Source: an uncultured Spirochaetales bacterium (GTDB taxonomy: Bacteria; Myxococcota_A; UBA9160; UBA6930). From it: 64,000 nt of DNA. This document shows, in pieces, positions 38,867 through 46,209 of this stretch. The notes beneath the pieces were generated by a model. That model did not search any database. It was not told the DNA's origin and saw nothing but the letters and a program-made list of their open reading frames with translations. Positions within the stretch are counted from its first letter, which is position 1. Every line of letters begins with the position of its first letter. The DNA lies in assembly GCA_964615365.1 (NCBI GenBank), contig CAZTOU010000002.1:87160-151159 (forward strand), written 5' to 3'. Both the position numbers and the translations under genes were made by a program.

Positions 38867-38872
38867 TACAAT
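38867..38872 (+). promoter_or_regulatory. -10 element for the DUF502 gene
   Basis: TACAAT about 22 nt upstream of the start, followed by GGGAGGAG RBS. Confidence 0.5.
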
Positions 38873-38894
38873 ACTCCGGCGGGAGGAGAGCCCA

Positions 38895-39593
38895 TTGGTC
38901 TCGCGATGGATGACCGGAATCCGCAGGTTCCTCGGCCGCTACCTCGTAGCCGGCGTGCTGACCTTCGCGCCCATCGGAATCACGGTCTGGGCGATTGCCT
39001 GGATCATCCAGAGGCTCGACAGCCTCTTCCTGCCCCGGGTGCTTCGGCTTTTCTATCCCCACCTCGAGGAGCCACCCAACGTTCCCTTCCTCGGCGCGAT
39101 CTTCACCCTCCTCGTGATCCTGCTCTTCGGCGTCGTCGCCCGCCACCTCTTCGGCCGGGAGATCGTTCGGCTCTGGGAGCGACTGCTCTCCCGGGTGCCG
39201 GTCGCGCGAAACATCTACGCCGCGGTGAAGCAGCTCCTGGACGCGATCTTCGTCGCTGGCTCGCCGAGCAACTTCCGTCGCGTGGTTCTGGTGGAGTACC
39301 CGCGAAGAGGGGTCTACGCGCTGGCCTTCACCACCGGTCCCTCCCGCGGACCCTTCGAACAGCTCGGGGTAGACGACCTCGTCAACGTGTTCGTCCCCAC
39401 CACACCGAACCCGACCTCGGGCTTCTACCTGCTGGTGCCGGAGAGTGATCTGACACCCCTGGAGCTATCCGTGGAGCAGGCCTTCAAGCTGGTGATGTCG
39501 GCGGGCCTGGTGGCGCCGGGGGATTCGCCGCCCGGCGAGGCGCCCGAGAACGCACCCGCGGGAGTGCCCCCCCCCGCTCCCGAGACCCGCTAG
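38895..39593 (+). CDS. DUF502-family membrane protein
   Basis: AGVLTFAPIGITVW, P.ARNIYAAVKQL, VVLVEYPR.G, VFVPTTPNPTSGF, EQAFKLVMSAG. Confidence 0.88.
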   Translation: MVSRWMTGIRRFLGRYLVAGVLTFAPIGITVWAIAWIIQRLDSLFLPRVLRLFYPHLEEPPNVPFLGAIFTLLVILLFGVVARHLFGREIVRLWERLLSRVPVARNIYAAVKQLLDAIFVAGSPSNFRRVVLVEYPRRGVYALAFTTGPSRGPFEQLGVDDLVNVFVPTTPNPTSGFYLLVPESDLTPLELSVEQAFKLVMSAGLVAPGDSPPGEAPENAPAGVPPPAPETR

Positions 39594-39883
39594 CCGGCTT
39601 CGTCCTGCCCCTTCGACAGGGACGCGGCGCGGCGTTCGCGAATCGCCTTGGCGGTGAACCAGATCGCGAGCACCGAGAAGATCGCGGCGCCGACCCGATT
39701 GAACTTGATCCACTCCATCTCCGGGTTCAGCCATCCGTCGTAGATGAACCAGAGCGAGAAGCCGATCAAGAGCACGGGCAGGAAGAAGGGATTGTCGAAC
39801 GGAGTCGGGGCGTGCTCCTCGTCGGAGTCGGCGTCGCCCTGGCTCGCGGCGTCCAGATCGCTGGGCTCTTCGCGTTCGGTCAC
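39590..39883 (-). CDS. Small hypothetical membrane protein (97 aa), probably leaderless
   Basis: Acidic N-terminus and two hydrophobic segments; TG-c-TAAGGT lies 6 nt before the GTG. Confidence 0.7.
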   Translation of the reverse strand: MTEREEPSDLDAASQGDADSDEEHAPTPFDNPFFLPVLLIGFSLWFIYDGWLNPEMEWIKFNRVGAAIFSVLAIWFTAKAIRERRAASLSKGQDEAG

Positions 39884-39973
39884 GGCGCGACCTTAGCAGT
39901 TGTCTCCTCGAGGCCGCACAAGCCGCCGTGGGAGGCGACCCGCCAGGGGGAGCGCGAAGGATCGGGAGACCCC

Positions 39974-40028
39974 GGTGCAGCAGGACGACTGCACCTGAAG
40001 CCTCCTCACTGCAGGGCGGTCGCTGCAG
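39974..40028. promoter_or_regulatory. Two palindromic sites, putative enhancer (UAS) for a sigma54 activator
   Basis: GGTGCAG-N8-CTGCACC (39974-39995) and CTGCAG-N8-CTGCAG (40009-40028); centres 34 bp apart, about -108 and -74 from the predicted +1. Confidence 0.65.
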
Positions 40029-40066
40029 CGCGGTCCTAACCCCTTGAATTTCCGACGATCCACCCA

Positions 40067-40081
40067 TGGCACGCGGCTTGC
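40067..40081 (+). promoter_or_regulatory. Sigma54 (-24/-12) promoter
   Basis: TGGCACG-CGGC-TTGC matches the TGGCACG-N4-TTGC consensus with exact GG-to-GC spacing. Confidence 0.85.
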
Positions 40082-40170
40082 GATGGCCCCTCCGCATGAG
40101 GATCATGGGAATCGGTCGCACATCGGCTCATCATCTCGATAGGGCCTGCGCGGCGAGGGAAGAAGATCCG

Positions 40171-41316
40171 ATGTCGCCTTCCTGGGATGATTCCGAAAGG
40201 GAACGCGGTCGCCGCGGTCGTGGCAGGCCGCGTCTTCGTGAGCTCGAGCTGGAGCAGCCCGATGCGGCAGATTCCGGCCTCCACCGGGCTCCGGCCTCTC
40301 CCCCGGCTTCCCGGCCGCGGCGCAAGGGCCGGCGCAGCCTCACACCGGAGGAGCGCGCCTACCGGGAGGCCCGCAGGGCGGCGAACCGGAAGATCGGCTT
40401 CCTGAGTCACCTGGTTCCCTACGCCGCCGTCTGCCTCTTCCTGCTCTTCGTCACGGGGTTCGGGGTGGCGACGATCGTCGCTCTCAGCTGGGGCATCGCG
40501 GTCGCCCTCCACTACTTCTTCGCCATCCTCGCACCTCGGCTGCGGCAGGAGATCATCCAGCACGAGGTGCGGCAGCAGGTTCAGAGCGACGTCTCGGAGC
40601 AGAAGAGAACCCTCGAGGGCCGGCACGCGCAGCACGTCGAGGAGCTCTCCGCCTCCATCGCCCACGAGATCCGCAACCCGATCACGGCAGCCAAGAGCCT
40701 GGTTCAGCAGATGGGTGAGGATCCCGCGTCCCCCGACAACGTCGAGTACGCCAACGTCGCGCTGGAGGAGCTCCAGCGGGTGGAGAAGAGCATCTCCCAC
40801 CTGCTTCGCTTCGCTCGCGAGGAAGACGTGGAGATCACCGACGTCTGCCTGGCGGACGTCGTGGACTCCGCGCTGGAGACCTTCCGCGATCGGATCGCGG
40901 AGGCCGGGGTGCGGATCGAGCAGGAGCTGTCCGCGGTCACCGCAATGCGCGGCGACCCGGACAAGCTGCGGCGGGTGATCATCAACCTGGTGGGCAACGC
41001 GCTCGACGCCTTCGAGGGTCAGGACGTCCCCTCCCCTGCGCTGCAGATCCGCTCCGGAGAGAACCTGGCCGGCACCGAGATCTGGATTCGCGTGAAGGAC
41101 AACGGGCCGGGCATCACGCCGGAGAAGCTCGACAAGATCTTCAGCCCCTTCTACACCTCCAAGTCCTCGGGTACCGGCCTGGGGCTCGCCATCTCCAAGA
41201 AGCTCGTCGATGCTCACGGCGGCTCGATCGAAGCCCAGTCCTCCCCCGGCTCCGGGACCGAGTTCTTCCTGACCTTCCCAGCGCACAGCAGCGAGGCGGC
41301 GGAGCGCGAGACGTGA
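40171..41316 (+). CDS. Sensor histidine kinase 1 with N-terminal 2TM-type domain
   Basis: KIGFLSHLVPYAAVCLFL..WGIAVALH (2TM-like); SASIAHEIRNP (H box); NLVGNALDA (N); DNGPGI (G1); FSPFYTSK (F); GTGLGL (G2). Confidence 0.9.
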   Translation: MSPSWDDSERERGRRGRGRPRLRELELEQPDAADSGLHRAPASPPASRPRRKGRRSLTPEERAYREARRAANRKIGFLSHLVPYAAVCLFLLFVTGFGVATIVALSWGIAVALHYFFAILAPRLRQEIIQHEVRQQVQSDVSEQKRTLEGRHAQHVEELSASIAHEIRNPITAAKSLVQQMGEDPASPDNVEYANVALEELQRVEKSISHLLRFAREEDVEITDVCLADVVDSALETFRDRIAEAGVRIEQELSAVTAMRGDPDKLRRVIINLVGNALDAFEGQDVPSPALQIRSGENLAGTEIWIRVKDNGPGITPEKLDKIFSPFYTSKSSGTGLGLAISKKLVDAHGGSIEAQSSPGSGTEFFLTFPAHSSEAAERET

Positions 41317-42419
41317 GTCTCCCGCGATCCGACGGAGGCGCGGCGATGGGGAGGGGCGACCGGGAGAGTGAGCGGATGCGCGAGAAGGGTCGGCATCGCC
41401 ACCACCGAAGCCGCCGGCGGCGACGCAGGCTGCCGCCCGAGCCCGAGGCGGATCTGACTCCGGAGGAGCAGGTCTACCGGGAGGCGAGGAGGCACGTGGC
41501 CGCCAAGGCGAGGCTGGTCCGCGATCTCATCCGGTACGCGGTCGTGGTGGGAGTGCTGGCCCTCGTGGCGAGCCGCGCCGCCTGGATCGTCGGAATCTGC
41601 TGGGGCGTCTTCCTCGCCGGGAACGTCTTCCGGACCTATGTCGAGCCCGCGCTGCGCCAGCGTTGGATCGACCGGGAGGTGGATCGCCGACTCGACCGCA
41701 CCGTCTCCGCCAGCCGGCGCGAGATCGAAGGCGAGCACACCCGCCGCATCGAGGAGATCTCGGCCTCCCTCGCCCACGAGATCCGCAATCCGATCACCGC
41801 GGCCAAGAGTCTGGTTCAGCAGATGGGCGAGGACCCGCGTTCGCCGGAGAACGTCCAGTACGCCGACGTCGCGCTCACGGAACTGGACCGGGTCGAGAAG
41901 AGCATCTCCCACCTGCTTCGCTTCGCCCGCGAGGAAGATGTCCGGATTTCCGAGATGCGCATGGCCGACGTGATCCCCTCGGCGGTGGAGTCCTTCCGGG
42001 ACCGTCTCGACCGGACCGGCGTCGAGGTGGCGATGGCGATCGACGCGAACGGCGCGATGCGCGGGGACCCGGAGAAGCTGCGGCGGGTGCTCATCAACCT
42101 GCTCTCGAACGCGCTCGACGCGCTGCTGGAGAGCCAGATCGACGAGCCCCGAATCGAGATCCAGAGCGGAGAGAACCTGGCGGGCACCGAGGTATGGCTG
42201 CGGGTTCGGGACAACGGCCCCGGGATCGATCCGGAGCGCCTCCAAGCCATCTTCAGCCCCTTCTTCACCTCCAAGGAGAGCGGCGCCGGCCTCGGGCTCG
42301 CGATCTCGAAGAAGGTCGTCGACGCCCACGGCGGGTCCATCGAGGTCGACTCGACCCCCGACCGAGGCACGGAGTTTCTGCTGACGTTTCCGAAACAGCA
42401 AGACCGCGGGAAGGCATGA
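41313..42419 (+). CDS. Sensor histidine kinase 2, paralog with divergent 2TM-type domain
   Basis: SASLAHEIRNPITAAKSLVQQMGEDP nearly identical to HK1; NLLSNALDA, DNGPGI, GAGLGL; GTGA overlap with the HK1 stop. Confidence 0.9.
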   Translation: MSLPRSDGGAAMGRGDRESERMREKGRHRHHRSRRRRRRLPPEPEADLTPEEQVYREARRHVAAKARLVRDLIRYAVVVGVLALVASRAAWIVGICWGVFLAGNVFRTYVEPALRQRWIDREVDRRLDRTVSASRREIEGEHTRRIEEISASLAHEIRNPITAAKSLVQQMGEDPRSPENVQYADVALTELDRVEKSISHLLRFAREEDVRISEMRMADVIPSAVESFRDRLDRTGVEVAMAIDANGAMRGDPEKLRRVLINLLSNALDALLESQIDEPRIEIQSGENLAGTEVWLRVRDNGPGIDPERLQAIFSPFFTSKESGAGLGLAISKKVVDAHGGSIEVDSTPDRGTEFLLTFPKQQDRGKA

Positions 42420-42422
42420 TCC

Positions 42423-43820
42423 ATGACGGCACGAATCCTCATCGTCGAAGACGAGCGGGCCATCCGGCTCGCGCTCTCCGGCCTTCTGCGCAGGGAGGGA
42501 CACGAGACCGATCAGGCCCAGAGCGGGGAGGAGGCAATTCGGGCCCTGGACAGGCAGTCCTTCGACTTCGTGCTGACGGACCTGGCATTGGGCAGCGGAG
42601 CGAGCGGAATGGACGTGCTGCGGAGCGCCAAGGAGCTCCAGCCCGAGACCCCGGTGGTGATGATCACCGCCCACGGCAACGAGAAGATCGCGGTCGAGGC
42701 GATGAAGCTCGGGGCCGACGACTACGTCCCCAAGCCCTTCGACAACGACGAGATCCGCCTCGTGGTGAAGCGCGCCCTGGAGCGCACCCGACTCGCCCGG
42801 GAGAACCGGATGCTCCGCGCCCGGGTCGAGAGGGATTTCGGTTTCGACAACCTGATCGGCTCCGGGACCGCCATGCAGCGCGTCTTCGAGACGATCCAGA
42901 AGGTCGCGGAGACGGACCTGACGGTGCTGATTCGCGGGGCGAGCGGGACGGGCAAGGAGCTGGTCGCCCAGGCGCTCCACCAGCACAGCTCCCGCAAGAG
43001 CCAGCCCTTCGTGGCGGTGAACTGCGCCGCCATCAGCCGGGAGCTGGTGGAGAGTGAGCTCTTCGGACACGAGAAAGGGGCTTTCACGGGCGCGGACGCG
43101 CGCCGCGCCGGGCGCTTCGAGGCTGCGGACGGTGGCACCGTCTTCCTCGACGAGATCGGCGACATGGCGCCGGAGACCCAGGCCAAGGTACTGCGGGTCT
43201 TGCAGGAGCACTCTCTCGAGCGGGTCGGTGGCACCCAGCCCATCGAGGTGGATGTGCGCGTCGTCGCAGCGACCCATCGGGACCTGGAGGCGGAGGTCGA
43301 GGAGGGCCGTTTCCGCGAGGACCTCTACTACCGCCTCAAGGTGGTGGAGATCGAGCTGCCGCCGCTTCGAGAGCGCACCGAAGACCTGCCCGCCCTCGTC
43401 CAGCGCTTCCTCGACCAGGTGGCGGAACGACTCGGACGCGACAAGAAGCGCCTCACCGACCAGGCTCTGGCCCGCCTGATTCGTCACTCCTGGCCGGGAA
43501 ACGTTCGCGAGCTTCGCAACGTGATCGAGCAGGCCGCCGTGCTCGCTCCCGGCGAATCCATCGAAGAGGCGGACCTCCATCTCTCCGGAAAAGCCGACGG
43601 CGCCGCGGCTCCCGGGACCGATCTCGCCGACGTGCCCTTCAGCGACGCCAAGAAGCGAGTGATCGAGGAATTCGAGCGCAGCTTCCTGCTGCGCGCGCTG
43701 CGAGACAACGACGGAAACATCTCCCGGACCGCGGAGGCGATCGGAATGGTTCGCCAGAGCCTGCAGCAGAAGATCCGGGAGCTCGAGCTGCGCGACGAGG
43801 ACTGGAGAAAGCCCGTCTAG
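42423..43820 (+). CDS. Sigma54-dependent response regulator (NtrC family: REC-AAA+-HTH)
   Basis: ILIVEDE/LTDL/KPF receiver; GASGTGKE; ESELFGHEKGAFTGA; LDEIG; FREDLYYRL; WPGNVREL; Fis-type HTH. Confidence 0.95.
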   Translation: MTARILIVEDERAIRLALSGLLRREGHETDQAQSGEEAIRALDRQSFDFVLTDLALGSGASGMDVLRSAKELQPETPVVMITAHGNEKIAVEAMKLGADDYVPKPFDNDEIRLVVKRALERTRLARENRMLRARVERDFGFDNLIGSGTAMQRVFETIQKVAETDLTVLIRGASGTGKELVAQALHQHSSRKSQPFVAVNCAAISRELVESELFGHEKGAFTGADARRAGRFEAADGGTVFLDEIGDMAPETQAKVLRVLQEHSLERVGGTQPIEVDVRVVAATHRDLEAEVEEGRFREDLYYRLKVVEIELPPLRERTEDLPALVQRFLDQVAERLGRDKKRLTDQALARLIRHSWPGNVRELRNVIEQAAVLAPGESIEEADLHLSGKADGAAAPGTDLADVPFSDAKKRVIEEFERSFLLRALRDNDGNISRTAEAIGMVRQSLQQKIRELELRDEDWRKPV

Positions 43821-43857
43821 GCGGCGCGCACCCCAGGAACCACGGAGGACCCTGACC

Positions 43858-44595
43858 ATGTCACGACGACCCGGATTGATCGCGCGATTCACCGGACTGT
43901 TTCGCGGCTGGGCGGCCGGCTGGCTGCGAGATCGCGAGGAGGAGAGCCCGCGCGCCGTCTACGAGCACGCCATCGCCGAGCGCATCAAGCAGTACCGCGA
44001 GCTCAAGGAGGCGGTCGCCGGCATCCTCTACATGAGAAACAAGCTGGAGGGCGAGCTCGAGCAGCGGCGCAACGAGCTGGCCCGAACCCACGGGGACATT
44101 CGCCGGGCCGTCAAGCGCGGCGACGACCAGGTCGGCCTCGCCCTGATCTCCCACAAGCAGCTCCTGGTGGGTGACATCGAGCGGGCGGAGAGGGAGTACG
44201 AGAGCCTGCGAGCCGAGGCCGAGGAGGCCAAGACCAACCTGATCCACTTCCGCGAGGAGATCCGGGTCCTGGAAAGGGAGAAGGGGCGAATCGTGGTGAC
44301 CCTCGCCAACGCGAAGGCGCGCCGTCGCATGACCGAGGCGCTCGACGGACTCTCGGTGGACGCGGACATGCGCGCCCTCGAGAACGTGCGCGAGCACGTC
44401 GCCCGCCTCGCCACCGAGGGCGACCTCGACAAGGAGCTCGGCACCGACCAGGGGCTCGCGGCCCGTGTCCGCGAGATCCGGGAGGAAGCGAATACCGACG
44501 CCGCCAAGAAGGAGCTGGAAGAGATCAAGCGTCAGCTCAACCCGGCGGAAATCCCGGCCCGCTCCAGCGAGGTCGCCTCCGCGACGTCGATCTGA
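43858..44595 (+). CDS. PspA/IM30 (Vipp1, ESCRT-III superfamily) protein
   Basis: Amphipathic N-terminus GLIARFTGLFRG; P..VYEHAI.E; long coiled coils; TLANAKARRRM; C-terminal ELEEIKRQL; GGAGG RBS. Confidence 0.85.
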   Translation: MSRRPGLIARFTGLFRGWAAGWLRDREEESPRAVYEHAIAERIKQYRELKEAVAGILYMRNKLEGELEQRRNELARTHGDIRRAVKRGDDQVGLALISHKQLLVGDIERAEREYESLRAEAEEAKTNLIHFREEIRVLEREKGRIVVTLANAKARRRMTEALDGLSVDADMRALENVREHVARLATEGDLDKELGTDQGLAARVREIREEANTDAAKKELEEIKRQLNPAEIPARSSEVASATSI

Positions 44596-44661
44596 GTCGC
44601 GCGGCTTCGGGGCGCAGCGGTCGCCCCCCGAGCCGCTCTTCCCCGGTGAGGGAGCACGAAG

Positions 44662-45135
44662 ATGGAACCGACGATCACGATGCGAAACCCACGGACCGTT
44701 CCGCGGGCCGACGAGCGGGAGTTCCAGAGCCTGTTGCGGCACTACGAGGTCCGCGAACGGGTGGAGGGTCGCGTCCGGACCCTCGGCCGGCTCTACCTGG
44801 CGATCTCGGCGCTGGGGATCCTCTCCGCCTGCATCGCCTTCCTGGCGATCGCACCCTGGGGCCTGCTCTCCGGGGATCCTACCGCCACCGCGCTGCTCGC
44901 CGGCCTGGGAGGCGCGATCGCCGCGGTGCTGCTGGTGATCTCGGCCCCGGGGCTGATCGGCGGCCTCGCCCTCCTGACGGGGCGCTCCTGGGCCAGGCTC
45001 TACGCGATGGTCCTCTCCGGCGTGCTCCTCCTCTGGTTTCCGCTCGGAACGATTCTGGGAACCTACTCCCTCTACGTCCTGCTGCAGCCGGACACCCGCT
45101 TCTACTTCGAGCGCCGGCGGGCGCAAGCTCGCTGA
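44662..45135 (+). CDS. Hypothetical multi-pass membrane protein
   Basis: 157 aa with about four hydrophobic segments; W(A)R..LLLWFPLGTILGTYSLYVLL motif. Confidence 0.75.
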   Translation: MEPTITMRNPRTVPRADEREFQSLLRHYEVRERVEGRVRTLGRLYLAISALGILSACIAFLAIAPWGLLSGDPTATALLAGLGGAIAAVLLVISAPGLIGGLALLTGRSWARLYAMVLSGVLLLWFPLGTILGTYSLYVLLQPDTRFYFERRRAQAR

Positions 45136-45157
45136 CGGGGATGCAGGCTAGGAGCCG

Positions 45158-46180
45158 CTAGTAGGCCTTGCCGATCTCGTCCTGGTCGTAGCGGGGCAGC
45201 TCCACCTGCCGCCCGCCACTCAGCAGCGTGACGCCGCGCGAGGGGTCGACGGCGGTCGCGATCCTCGCGCAGGCGATCCCTTCTGCGGCGCAGGCGCCAG
45301 CGACCCGGTCGGCGTCGTCAGCCGCCACGGCCACCAGGAGCGCCCCCGACGCGATCATTCCCAGGGGATCCATCCCGAAGTGCGCGCTGAGCGGTCGGGC
45401 CTGCTCGAGCACCGGAATCGACTCCTCGTCCACCAGCAGACCGACGTCACTGGCGCGGGCGAGCTCCCAGAGGGCCGTGGCGAGGCCCCCCTCGGTCGGG
45501 TCGTGCATGGCGTGAACCGGAGCCACCGCGCAGGCGGCACGGGCATCCCGAAAGACCGAGATCCCGGGCACGTGCAGCAGATCGGCGAGTCCGGCGAGAA
45601 CCCGCGGGGCGAAGCCCGCCGCCAGCAGCTCGTCGCGCTTCTCCCGGGCGAGGATGGCGCATCCCTCGATGGGAACCTCCTTGGTGCACAGGATCGCGTC
45701 ACCGATCGCCACGTCAGAGCTCCGGATCAGCGAGTCCTTCGCCACCTCGCCCACCATCGACCCCGCAATCACGACTCTGCGGACCGCGCTCGTGACCTCG
45801 GTATGGCCGCCCACCAGAGTGACTCCGTAGCGGTTGCAGGCGACGCGGATCGCCTCGAAGAGCGAATCCACCTCTCTCGCCGTGGTCTCGGACTCGGGGA
45901 GGAGCAGGGTCGCCAGGAACCAGCGCGGCGTTCCCCCGGCGGTGGCGATGTCGTTCACGTTCACCGTCACCGCATAGTGGGCGATCTCGTCGGTGGCAAA
46001 GGTGATCGGGTCGCTCTTCAGGAGCCAGTACCGGTCCCCACCCGCGTCGACGACCGCGACGTCCCGGCCGATCCCCGGCCCCAGGACGACGCCGCTCCCC
46101 GTCTCCGGCGCTGCCAGCAGTCCGGCCAGGAGCTCCATCCCGAGCTTTCCCGCCGGCAGGGGCTTCGCTTCCTCGGCCAT
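45158..46180 (-). CDS. AIR synthase-related (PurM/HypE/ThiL superfamily) protein
   Basis: KSDPI, VNVNDIATAG, LVGGHT, AMHDPTEGGL. Confidence 0.85.
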   Translation of the reverse strand: MAEEAKPLPAGKLGMELLAGLLAAPETGSGVVLGPGIGRDVAVVDAGGDRYWLLKSDPITFATDEIAHYAVTVNVNDIATAGGTPRWFLATLLLPESETTAREVDSLFEAIRVACNRYGVTLVGGHTEVTSAVRRVVIAGSMVGEVAKDSLIRSSDVAIGDAILCTKEVPIEGCAILAREKRDELLAAGFAPRVLAGLADLLHVPGISVFRDARAACAVAPVHAMHDPTEGGLATALWELARASDVGLLVDEESIPVLEQARPLSAHFGMDPLGMIASGALLVAVAADDADRVAGACAAEGIACARIATAVDPSRGVTLLSGGRQVELPRYDQDEIGKAY

Positions 46181-46209
46181 CGGCCGATCGTACCACTCCT
46201 GGGCGCGGG

